The notes below the pieces were generated by a model. The model did not search any database, had not been told where the DNA came from, and saw only the letters and a list, made by a program, of their open reading frames with translations. The position numbers and the translations under genes were made by a program. From assembly GCF_963921235.1 (NCBI RefSeq), contig NC_086108.1, positions 36,768,001 through 36,832,000 of the forward strand: 64,000 nt of DNA, written 5' to 3'. Shown piece by piece: positions 35,686 to 46,964 of this stretch. The number at the start of each line of letters is the position of its first letter. Positions within the stretch are counted from its first letter, which is position 1. The DNA comes from Mobula hypostoma. Lineage: Eukaryota.

Positions 35686-38600
35686 TTACAGGTTAAGTCT
35701 ATCAGGCGGTCGAGTCCGTCGCTGTGATCTACATAGCACCGGCGGTGATTGCACCGGCGATGGCGGTTGTGCTGGCTCCGGCCTGACTTCAGGTGCCAGC
35801 ACGTTAGGCGTCGGTAATCCCTCGTGCGTGTGCGTCGCGCCCGGTATGGGAGTGTCGTGTGGTGTCTGTATAGGGTTTGGGGTGCACGGTGTCTCGTAGG
35901 TACATACATTGGTGGGTACGGGGTTAATAGTCACCACGGAGTGTTCAGGGTAGGGGTCCGGAGCTCCTGCGGGTGCCAGATCGCGGATGGAGACCGTGTC
36001 CTCCCGCCCATCAGGTAAAACCACACAGGCATACTGGGGGTTCGCATGAAGTAAGTGAACCCTCTCGACTATCGGGGAGTATTTATTGCTCCTCGCATGT
36101 TTCCGGAGCAGCACTGGCCCTGGGGACGTCAGCCAAGATGGTAAGGTGGTCCCAGTGGTCGACTTTCTGGGAAAAGAAAAGAGCCGCTCATGAGGGGTGG
36201 CATTGGTGGCTGTGCATAACAGGGAGCGGATGGAGTGGAGTGCCTCGGGAAGGACCTCCTGCCAGCGGGAGACCAGCAGTCCCTTTGACCTGAGGGCTAA
36301 GAGTGTGGCTTTCCACACTGTGCCATTCTCCTTCTCCACCTGTCCATTCCCCCGGGGATTATATCTCGTGGTCCTACTGGTTGCAATTCCCCTAGCCAGT
36401 AGATATTGACGCAGCTCGTCACTCATAAACGAGGACCCTCTGTCACTGTGGATATAGCATGGGTATCCGAGCAGAGTGAAGAGCTTGCGCAGGGCTTTTA
36501 TAACTGACGTGGTAGTGGTGTCGGGGCAGGGGATGGCGAAGGGGAACCGCGAGTACTCGTCAATTACGTTAAGAAACTACACATTGCGGTCGATGGAGGG
36601 AAGGGGGCCCTTAAAGTCAACACTCAGTCGCTCAAAGGGGCGGGTGGCCTTGATGAGTGGTGCCTTTTCGGGTCGGTAGAAGTGCGGTTTGCACTCTGCG
36701 CAGACTTGGCAGTCCCTGGTCATCATCCTGATCTCCTCAAGGGAGTAAGGCAGGTTCCAGGCTTTCACGAAGTGCAAAAGCCGGGTGGCTCCCGGCTGGC
36801 AAAGGTCTACGTGTAGGGCGTATAGCCGCTCGATCTGCGCGCTGGCACATGTTCCCCGGGATAGGGCATCGGAGGGCTCGTTGAGCTTCCCAGGCCTGTA
36901 CATGATGTCATAGTTGTAGGTGGAGAGTTCGATTCTCCACTTCAGAATTTTATCATTTTTGATTTTGCTCCGCTGCTGATTATTAAACATGAATGTGACT
37001 GAACGCTGGTCAGTTAGCAGGGTGAACCTTTTGCCGGCAAGATAGTGCCTCCAGTGCCTTATAGCTTCCACTATGACCTGGGCCTCTTTCTCTACCGCAG
37101 AGTGCCGAATTTCAGGGCCTTGAAGGGTACGGGAGAAGAACACCACTGGTCTTCCTGCCTGGTTGAGGGTAGCAGCCAGCGCAAAGTCGGAGGCGTCACT
37201 CTCTACTTGGAAGGGAATGGCCTCATCCACCGCATGCATTGCTGCTTTGGCAATGTCCCCTTTTATGCGGTTGAAGGCCGCGTGGGCCTCGGCAGAGAGG
37301 GGGAATGTGGTGGACTTGACCAGGGGGCGGGCCTTGTCTGCATAATTAGAGACCCATTGGGCATAATATGAGAAGAAGCCCAGGCACCTTTTGAGGGCTC
37401 TGAGGGTATTGGGAAGAGGGAGTTCCAACAAGGGGCGCATACGGTCGGAGTCAGGGCTAATAACTCCATTCTCTACGACACACCCAAGGATAGCAAGTCG
37501 GGTGGTCCCAAATACACACTTGTCTTTGTTATAGGTGAGGTTGAAAGATTTGGCCGCTTGGAGAAATTTTTGGAGGTTGTTGTCGTGATCCTGCTGGTCG
37601 TGACCGCAGATGGTGATGTTATCCAGGTATGGGAACGTGGCCTTCAGTTGGCACTGGTCCACCATCCGGTCCATTGCCCTCTGGAAGACAGATACACCAT
37701 TCGTGACACCAAAGGGGACGTGCAGAAATTGATAAAGCCTGCCATCTGCCTCGAAGGCAGTGTAAGGGCGGTCCTCCCGGCGGATGGGGAGCTGGTGGTA
37801 AGCGGATTTTAGGTCTATGGTCGAGTACACCTTGTACTGTGCTATCTGATTGACCATATCCACGATGCGGGGTAGAGGGTACGCGTCGAGCTGCGTGAAC
37901 CTATTGATGGTCTGGCTATAGTCCACGACCATCCTATTCTTCTCCCCATTCCGAACAACCACCACCTGCACCCTCCAAGGACTTGTGCTTACCTCAATGA
38001 CCCCCTCCCTGAGCAGCCGCTGCACCTCCAACTTAATGAAAGCTCTGTCCCCTGCGCTGTACCTCCTGCTTTTCGTTGTCACAGGTTTACACTCGGGGGT
38101 CAGGTTGGCGAACAGCGGTGGGGGAGGGATCCTGAGGGTGGAGAGGCCGCAAGTGGTGTCGGTAGTGTGGCAGTTGGCATGATGTTGGGTGGGATGCGCG
38201 GGTCGGTGTGTGTGTGTGGTCAGTAGCGGGGTACGTGACATATCTCTACAAAACAGGGGATTTATGACAGTAATTGGCGGGAGGGGCCCATCATACTTCA
38301 TTGTCACGCTTTTCAGGTGGCTCTGGAAGTCCAACCCCAACAGCACAGGGGCACACAGTTGAGGCAAGACCAGTAACGTAAAGTCCCGATATTCTGTGCC
38401 CTGCACCACTAGTGTAGCTACACAACCCCCCCGGATGTCTGTTGTATGCGACCTGGAGGCCATGGTGACCCTCCGACTTATCGGCCGTATCATGAGTCCA
38501 CAATGCTGCACCGTTGTTGGGTGGATAAAACTCTCCGTGCTGCCTGTGTCAAACAGACAGTTTGTCCTGTGCCCCACCACCAGGATGTCCATCATTGACC

Positions 38601-39531
38601 TTGCGAGCTGGTGGGGAGCGCTTTGGTCGAGGGTCACGGAAGCCAGGGTGGGGTGCCCCGTGAGCACCCATTGGTCGTAGGCGGTGGGAGGTGGTGTCAA
38701 CCAAGATGGCCGCCCCCATGTCTCGCACGTGGTGGTGGCGTGCAGGGAAGATGGCGGCAGGCATGATGGCGACCCCCACGTCTCGCACGCGGCGCTGCTC
38801 GATCCCGCTCGCGGTTTTGACTTACAGACCTTGGTGAAGTGGCCCTTCTTTCCGCAGCTGGAGCAGGTAGCTTGTCGGGCTGGGCAGCGTTTCCGGGGGT
38901 GCTTCTCCAGTCTGCAGAAGTAGCACTTCGTGGACTCATGACTGGCGGCAGCCGAGGTCGATTCGCCGGCAGGTTGCGAGGTCTGCGGCACCCACGAGGC
39001 CATCGGGGGATCGCGTGCCTGGAGAGCCTCGGAGTTATGCAGCGCGGCCTCCAATGTATCAGCCAGCTCCATCGCCGAATTTAGGGTAAGATCGGCTTTT
39101 TCCAGCAGCCTCTGGCGCACGTACACTGACCTGGTCCCCGTGATGAAGGCGTCCCTCACTAGGAGTTCTGCATGCTGCATTTTGCAGGCTCGCACGAGCA
39201 TCCGTAGGGCCTGGATGAACTCAGCACTCGATTCCCCGGGGCGTTGTTGCCGTGTCGCTAAACGGTGCCGAGCATAGACGCTGTTTATCGGCCACAGGTA
39301 TTGTCTTTTGAGTGCGTTCATTGCGCCGTCGTAGTTCGGCTGGTCTCTGATCAGTGAATAGACCCGTGGACTGACCCTGGAGAGTAGAACTCTGAGCTTC
39401 GCTACGGGGTCGGTCGCTTTAATCTCCTCTAGATACGCTTTGAAGCAGGTCAGCCAGGGTTTGAAAGCGTTTCCAGCTTCAGGTGTTTGCGGATTGAGGT
39501 CTAATTTTTCTGGTCTCAGGGACTGTTCCAT
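35686..39531 (-). pseudogene. Gag-Pol polyprotein with one premature TAG at 36577-36579
   Basis: ORF 36577..39531 (two zinc knuckles, LFDTGS protease, RT with YLDN, RNase H, CQVC, VDFKGP) is in frame with 35686..36426 through RNV*FLNVIDEYSRFPF...HSDRGSSFMSDE...NGQVEKEN. Confidence 0.93.
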
Positions 39532-39557
39532 GTTTTAAAACGTACAGCGAATAAAAT

Positions 39558-39786
39558 TGAAGCACCTTCAATTACCCCAAAAGACGGAGGTTTGGTAAAA
39601 TACTGAAAGGCTTTTATTCGCTGTACAATACGACCCCCACAGTGAGTGTCTGCCCCCGGACTGAGGGGGAGGGGCAAGGCGAACACCTTTATACAGGACT
39701 CTGTGGGAGGAGCCACAGGGGCAGTCAGTAGAGGGGTGTGTCCAGACAGGTAACTGAGTTACAACATATATACATGGTTTACCACA
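39558..39786 (-). repeat. 5' LTR with TATAAA (39688-39693) and AATAAA (39613-39618)
   Basis: Direct repeat of 35388-35616; gag ATG lies 26 nt downstream. Confidence 0.93.
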
Positions 39787-39982
39787 GCCTGTTCATTGGC
39801 TATATTTAAGAGGGAGTTAGATATGGCCCTTGTGGCTAAAGGGATCAGGGGGTATGGAGGGAAGGCTGGTACAGGGTTCTGAGTTGGATGATCAGCCATG
39901 ATCATACTGAATGGCGGTGCAGGCTCAAAGGGCCGAATGGCCTATTCCTGCACATATTTTCTATGTTTCTATGTTTCTATGT

Positions 39983-42660
39983 CTCATTCGTTCCCTGCAA
40001 TTTATCTAACTTAATACCTTTCAAAATTTTCAGTACATTCTCTTTCTTAATGTCTATACAGTCAAGTGTTTCAGTCTGCTTTAAGTCATCCCCACGATTG
40101 CCGAGGTCCTTTTCACTGGTGAATACTGAAGTAAAGTATTCAGTAAGTACCTCCGCTACCTCCTCCGGCTCCACATACATGGCTCCACTCTCACTCCTGA
40201 TTGGTCCTATTCTCACATGGCTCATCCTCTTGTTCTTCACATAGTTGTAGAATGCCTTGGGGTTTCCCTGAGTCCTGCTGGCCAAGGCCTTCTCATGGCC
40301 CCTTCTAGATCTCCTAATTTCATTCTTGAGCTCCTTCCTGGCACCCTTGTAATTTTCTAGAATTCTATCAGTACCTAGTTTCTTGAACCTTTCGTAAGCT
40401 TTTCTTTTCTTCTTAACTAGATTTTCTACATCCTTTATACACCATCGTTTTTACCCTACTGCCTCAATGGAACACACCTATGTAGAAAAGCATGCAAATG
40501 TTTCCTGAATATTTGCCACATTTCTGCTGTACGTTTTCCTGAGAACGTCTGCTCCCAGTTTATTTCCCAAGTTCCTGCCTAATAGCATTATATTTCCCCT
40601 ACCCCAATTAAATGTTTTCCCAAATTTCCTGCTTCTATCCTTCTCCAGCACGATGGGAAAGGAGATAGAGTTGTGATCACTACCTCCAAATTTCTCTCCC
40701 ACCGAGAGATCTGACACCTGACCAGGTTCATTTCCCAGTTCCAGATCAAGTACAGCTTCTCCTTCAGTTGACTTATCTACATATTGCATCAGGAATCTTC
40801 CTGAACATACCTAACAAACTCCACCCCATCTAAACCCCTTAGGAAAGTTAAAATCTCCTATCACAACAACCCTATTAGTATTGCATCGTTCCAGAATCTG
40901 CCTTCTTCTCTGCTCCTCGATGTCTCTATTACTATTGGGGGGAGGTCTATAAAAAATACCCAGTGGAGTCATTGCCCCCTTCCTGTTTCTGATTTCCACC
41001 CACAATGACTCAGTAGACAACCCCTCCATGACTTCCCTGCAGCCATGATACTATCTCTGATTAGCAGTGCCACTCCTCCACCTCTTTTGCCTCCCTCCCT
41101 GTCCTTTTTGAAACATCTAAAGCTCGGAATATTCGGCAGCCCTTCCTGCCCCTGAATCATCCAAATCTCTGTAATGGTGACAACATCATTGTTCCACATA
41201 TTGGTCCACGCTCTAAGTTAATCTGCCTTGCTCATGATACTCCTTGGGTTAAAATAGTCATATCTCAAACAACCTTGCCGAGTACTTCTTAGCTCTATCA
41301 TCTGCCTATCTTTCCTCATAAACTCCCTAAAAGCTGTCACTCCTTGTGCACCAACTGCCCCATCCTCTGCATCTTCACTTTGGTTCCCACCCCGCTGCAA
41401 ATCTAGTTTAAACCCTGCCCAATAGCATTAGCAAACCTCCCTCCCAGGATATTGGTTCCCCTCCAGTTCAGGTGCAGCCCATCCCACTTGTACAGGTCAC
41501 CCCTTCCACAGAAAAGGTTCCTATGATCCAAGGACTTGAAACCCTGCCCTGTGTGCCAACTCCTCAGCCATTCATTTGTCTGCGCTATCCTCCTGTTCTG
41601 ACCTTCCCTAGCTCGTGGCACGGGGAATAATCTGGAGATTACTATCTTTGAGGGCCTGATCTTCAGCCCTCTTCCTAACTCCCTAAACTTACTGCACAGG
41701 ACCTCTACCTCTCTCCTGTCTATGTCATTTGTGCTAACATGTCCTACGACCTCCGGCTGCTCACTCTCCCCTTCAAGAATATTCTGCAACTGCCCAGAGA
41801 TATCCTGGACCCTAACACCTGGGAGGCAACACACTATCCTGGTGTCTCTTTTGCTGCCACAGAATCTCCTATCTGCCCCCCTAACTAACGAGTCCCTGAC
41901 AACTATTGCTCCACCTGGCTCCACCCTTCCCTCCTGAGGCTCAGAGCCAATAGCGGTGCTATTGGTCTGGCTGCTGCTGCCTTGCCCATATTGGTCACCC
42001 CCCTCAGAAGTATCCAAAGGGGTGTACGTATTGCTGAGGGGAATGGCCACAGGGGGATCCTGCAGTGATTTCCTTCTCCCGTTACCTCTCTCGGTGTTCA
42101 CCCACCTACTCCCTGAATTCTGCACTCTAGGTGTAACCATCTGTTAAAAAGTCATACCTGTCGATGTCTCTGTCTCCTGGATGATCCTATGTTCATCCAA
42201 CTCCACCTCCAGCTCCTTAATGCGGTCTTTCATGAACTAGAGTTCTACTTCCTGCAGGTGTAGTCGTCAGGGAGACTATCAGGTTCCATGAATTCCCACA
42301 TCCTACAGGAGGAGCATTCCACTGCCATATCTGCCACCCCGCCTGCACTGTACAATGGGCAACCAAGAGCAAATCCCCTAACCTGTGCCTTTGGCCTCAA
42401 CCTCTTCTCGTCGAAGCCTCTTGAGTCACAGCCTGGCGCTCCAACCCTCACCTCTGGCCTACTCCTACTCCTAACAATGGCCACCCTGCTTCCTGCTTCT
42501 GCACTTTTATCTAATTCTCAGTGCTCTGCTCCCAATGCTGATTGCACCTCTGGAATGTCTGAATGCCCACAAAGCTCTCCTTCTTGACTAGCTTCGCCAA
42601 CCTGCGAGCAAACTCTTCGCAGTGCTCTGCTCCCAATGCTGATTGGACCGCTAGATTGTT
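39983..42660 (-). mobile_element. 5' part of a near full-length CR1 (5'UTR, ORF1, ORF2 endonuclease)
   Basis: ORF1 zinc-finger remnant (42245..42484 CSSC...LPDDYTCRK), SGNH/esterase-like region (41403..42140), endonuclease fragments (YFNPRSI, ITEIW, YRPP, GDFN, SDHN). Confidence 0.88.
41403..42140 (-). CDS. CR1 ORF1 esterase (SGNH/GDSL-like) region, degenerate
   Basis: IVVRDSLVRG (GDS block), CLPG, HVSTNDI, DGLHLN motifs of esterase-type ORF1. Confidence 0.8.
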   Translation of the reverse strand: MVTPRVQNSGSRWVNTERGNGRRKSLQDPPVAIPLSNTYTPLDTSEGGDQYGQGSSSQTNSTAIGSEPQEGRVEPGGAIVVRDSLVRGADRRFCGSKRDTRIVCCLPGVRVQDISGQLQNILEGESEQPEVVGHVSTNDIDRREVEVLCSKFRELGRGLKIRPSKIVISRLFPVPRAREGQNRRIAQTNEWLRSWHTGQGFKSLDHRNLFCGRGDLYKWDGLHLNWRGTNILGGRFANAIGQGLN

Positions 42661-43874
42661 GGTGAAGACTTGGTGATAGGATAGGATGAGGAGATAGGTG
42701 GGCAATGAAATCTGGACACTTTATATCGAATTGTTTAGCTCTGCAGCTTAACTTCCAATTCGTGGATTTCAGATGGTGGTGTTGATTGACTCTATCATAT
42801 GCTAATGAGCTGGTATGCAAATTTATTTTGTACGGATGCCAATGGAGAGATAATTTGCAATAGTTTAACTATCAAGGCATGTTTTCAGTAAAAACAGGAG
42901 AAGAAATATTCAGAATACTAAGTATGAGATGGATATTGCCTTTTTATTGACCGCAGATTTGATGGGACAGCCAGGACCCTATAATGAAAATCTTCAGATG
43001 AATGTACACTTAGCAAGATCTAGTTTAAACTGCACTCCATATTAGATGCAAGTATATCAGACATTTCAGTTACAACTATTAGAAAGACATAGAGCTTCCT
43101 TCTATAGGACAATTGTTCAAAAAAGTGGAAACATTTAGTTTTGTGCTATTTTAATAGAGTACAAGTGTTGATTATTGCATTTATTGATTTCTATAACCGG
43201 TTTCACAGAGCTCGATCTGCTGCTGAAGCAATGGTATCACATTTCTTCAAGCTTTGCTAATGTAATCATTTTCTCTTCTATAGCATAAATCAATGCCATT
43301 TCAAGCATTCACACCATTTAGAATTTATTGTGTGAACTGAATGGAAACAAGTTTTTAAGGATTAAGCTCAGGATGAAAATGTGTTTAACTCTGGGATAGC
43401 TCAGTACCTATTTTTTATTTCAATGAGGTTCACTACAATTAATAAATCAAATGTAACAACCTTTGACCCAACACATTTCATAGAATGTATGTCTTTAACA
43501 TTGCACCTTGCCTAACAGACAGTACTAGGATTTAAAGCTTTGTTCCTATGAAAAAAAGGTAAAATTATTGTTGCCACAGTGACTGTTAATCTGATAGTTA
43601 CATATTTTAGGATGGCACATTCTTTGTTTGATAAAACAGCAAAACGCTCTAGCATTTTCTGTATCAATCTCATTATGTAAGGTTATGCAAACATGAATCA
43701 TTTGGCATGGGGTGTTCATATTCAACTCATTAAGAATGAAGTCTCTTTTGTTATTTCTTGTCTGAGTCTTTCAAGAGAAAAGGAACTCATTAAAATCACA
43801 TCTGCTGTAACTTGTTTGAAACCGGAAATATTTTTCAGTGTATTTCATTCATAATTTTGAACATAAAGAACAAG

Positions 43875-44150
43875 AAAGCACAGCAGTGCATCTGGCAGAG
43901 CTGCTTTCTCCCAGCACCTGTGACCTGGGATCCATTCTGATCTCTGTTGTTATGCACGTGGAGCTTCCATTTTCTCTCTGTGGTAACTCCGATTTTACCA
44001 GGGGCTATAACTTCCGATTTCCTCCCGAAGAACTACAGGTTGGTCATTGTAAGTTGCCCCAGGAGCGCAGGTGGATGGCAAAACTTTGGAGAAGTTGAAG
44101 TGAAGGTGGAAAGAATCAAATAGGTTTAGTGTCAGTGGATGTATGATAGT
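43875..44150 (+). mobile_element. Old tRNA-derived SINE (V-SINE/HE1-like)
   Basis: Degenerate A/B-box-like head (GACCTGGGATCCATTCTG) followed by GTGGAGCTT...CCGATTTCCTCCC, resembling the V-SINE core. Confidence 0.45.
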
Positions 44151-45380
44151 TGGCATGATCTTTGGGCTTTCTTTCCAGTTGCATGATTTCATGAGTCATG
44201 CTATCATGGATTTTTAAATTTGGGTGACTGTGTCCTGTGTCTCCAATGAGTTTCTGTACTTCATTAACTACTGAGGATGAAATAATTCAGATATCAGACC
44301 CTCTCATATTGCAGAAGATTTGAAAATGAAATCATTTGCTACTTTGAAAGACAAGATAATAAAGAAAAATAGGGCTGTGCTAATATAGTGGCTTTCACAA
44401 CCCAAAGCATTTTCCAGCCAATTAAATAGATATGAAGCACTGTTGCAGTGTAGAAAACATAGCAACAATGCTGCAGAACACAAGGTCTCATTAAACACGG
44501 CAAAGGGCAGTTTTGTGAGGTTGTTTTTATTTATTCAGTTATAGGAGATATCAGCAACACAGGCAGCAACTATCTATTTTCCCTCCCTAATGGCATTTGT
44601 ACTGAGGAGGCAGTGAAGTGTCAACCACTTCAGTGGGAGTGGAGTCACGTACAGCTGGACAGGTTATGAATGACATATTTCATCTCCTATTTGTGAAGCA
44701 GGTGGGTTTTTATGATAATCTGCCTTTTTAATGGTCAGTTTTACTGATATTAGCTTCTAACTTATTTATTTAATGGCTTGAATTTAAATTGCTTGTTTGT
44801 CAGGGGTGGGGCAGAAGGTCAATTCTGTGTCTTCATATTGATGCCCCAAATCTTTTGTATAGTCCAATAATTTACCATGTTAATATGGTGGTTAAGTGAT
44901 AAATATTGGCCAAGAATTGTTATTTTTTTGAGGTGGAACCTTTCACAGCAGCCAGAGTAAGCCTTAGTTTACTGCATCAACAGAATATAGGTAATGCCGG
45001 CAGCACTAGTATTGCTAATATTTATTGTCATTCTCTGATAACATCTGTACTGAGATTTTGTGCACAAATCTCTGGAGTGTATTTAAGCTCACAATCTTCC
45101 GGCGCAGTGTTGAGCCAGCTGCCAGTGAAATATAGCTGACACCAACATTCGATGCAAGGTGGGCAGAGGCAAACTGTGAACGTGTGATAAGCTATCATGG
45201 AGATTCAAGTCAAGTTCTCATTTGCCAAACGCTGGAGGAAATACTTGAGTTTGTAAGCAATTGCTTAAATTATTTCCTGTATAAAGTTTAGAAGTTGAAT
45301 CAGATTTTTGAGCATCTGATACACTGAGCATGTACATTGAGAATAAAACAATGTGGATTGGAAAACCAAAGGCCTACATA

Positions 45381-46964
45381 AAGTGGCCATAAAAGGTATT
45401 CATCCACACCCGCCCCCAAGAAGTTTTCATGTTTTATTGTTTTACAACATTGAATCACATTGGATTTAATTTGGCTCTTTGTGACACTGATCAACAGAAA
45501 AAGACTTTTTGTTGCAAAATGAAAACAGATCTTTACAAATGTGATCTAAATTAGTTATAAATATGAAACACAAAATAATTAATTCCATGACTATTCACCC
45601 TCTTTAATATGACACACCAAATCATCAATGGTGCAGCGAATTGGTTTTAAAAGGCATGTTTAAAGTTAAAAGGAGATCATCAGTGGGCAGTCAAAGTATT
45701 TCAACTGATTGAAATAAAAATATACTTGTATCTGGAAGGTCCACCTGCTAGGTGAGTCAGTATCCTGGCAAAAACTATACTCCAAGCAACTCTGCAAAAC
45801 AGTTTACTGAAAAGCTCAAGTCATGAGATAGATGCAAGAACATTTTCAAGTCACTGGCTATCCCTTGGAGTACAGTTAAGTTAATCATCAAGAATTGGAA
45901 AGAATATTGCACAGCTGTAAATCTCCCTAGAGTAGGCTGCCCTCAAAAACCAAGTGACTGTACAAGAGGGAGGCTACCAAGAGACCTATGTCAACTCTGG
46001 AGGAATTACAAGCTTCAGTGCATACAACAACTGTTGCTTGGATGCTTCTCCAGTTGCCCAGCTTTATGGGAGAGTGGCAATGAGAAAGCTACTGTCGAAA
46101 AAAAGTCACATGAACTCTTAGCTAGAGTTTGCTAGAAGGCATATGGGAGACTTGAAGTCAGCTGGAAGAAGGTCTATGGTCTAATGAAACCAAAATTGAG
46201 TTTCTGGCCGTCAGACTAATTGCTATATTTGGCATATGCCAGACCCTGCACATCATCAAACATACAGCAACCCTACTATGAAGCATGGTGGTGGCTGCAT
46301 CATACTGTGGGGATGCTTCACTGCAGCAGGCCTTGGAAGACTTGTGAAGATAGAGGACAAAATGAATGCAGAAAAGTACAGGGAAATCCTGAAGGAAAAC
46401 CTGATGAAGTCTGCAAGAGAACTGTGACTTGGGAGAAGACTTAATTTCCAGCAAGACAATGACCCCAAGCATAAAGCCAAAACTACACAGGAATGAATGG
46501 CTTAAAAATAAGAAAGTTAATGTCCTGGAGTGGCCAAGTCAGAGCCCAAACCTCAATCCAATTGAGAATCTGTGGCTGGACTTGAAAAGGGCTGTTCTCT
46601 CATGATCCCGATGTAATCTGACAAAGCTTGAGCAGTTTTGTAAGTAAGAATGGGGAAAGATTGCAGTGCCCAGATGTCCAAAGCTGATAGAGACCTATCT
46701 GTACACTCAAGGCTGTAATTGCTCCCAAAGGTGCATCTTCTATATACTGACTTGACGTGAATGAGTAATTATGCAATTATTTTGTGTTTATTAATTGTAA
46801 TAAATTGAGCCTAATTTGTAAAAATTTGTTTTCACTTTGACACAAAAGATTCTTTTCTGTTGATCAGTATCAAAAAACCCAAATTAAATTCATCATGATT
46901 CAATGTTGTAAAACAATAAAACATGAAATCTTCCAAGGGGGATGAATGCTTCTTATAGGCACTG
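45381..46964 (+). mobile_element. Full-length degenerate Tc1-like transposon, family B
   Basis: Long (~220 bp) imperfect TIRs ending ...ATAGGCACTG|TA; transposase remnants [45 protein letters not shown] (DD34E type); multiple stops. Confidence 0.9.

Larger units (their letters stand above)
35388..39786 (-). mobile_element. Near-intact Ty3/Gypsy LTR retrotransposon (4.4 kb)
   Basis: Two 229-bp LTRs (8 mismatches by hand count), single gag-pol frame in the order gag-PR-RT-RH-IN, PPT before the 3' LTR. Confidence 0.97.
33956..39982 (+). mobile_element. CR1 LINE (young subfamily), (ATGTTTCT)n tail, interrupted by the Gypsy element
   Basis: RT fragments 33959..35365; 3'UTR resumes at 39787; tail CTATGTTTCTATGTTTCTATG at 39961. 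Nearly identical to 51783-53916. Confidence 0.92.

Noticed and set aside
36577..36579. Programmed stop-codon readthrough in the Gypsy pol
   Set aside because: The TAG lies inside the integrase core where an aromatic residue is expected, not at a gag-pol boundary; a point mutation is simpler.
42519..42645. 26-bp direct repeat CAGTGCTCTGCTCCCAATGCTGATTG
   Set aside because: Only two copies, lying in the apparent CR1 5'UTR; not an array.
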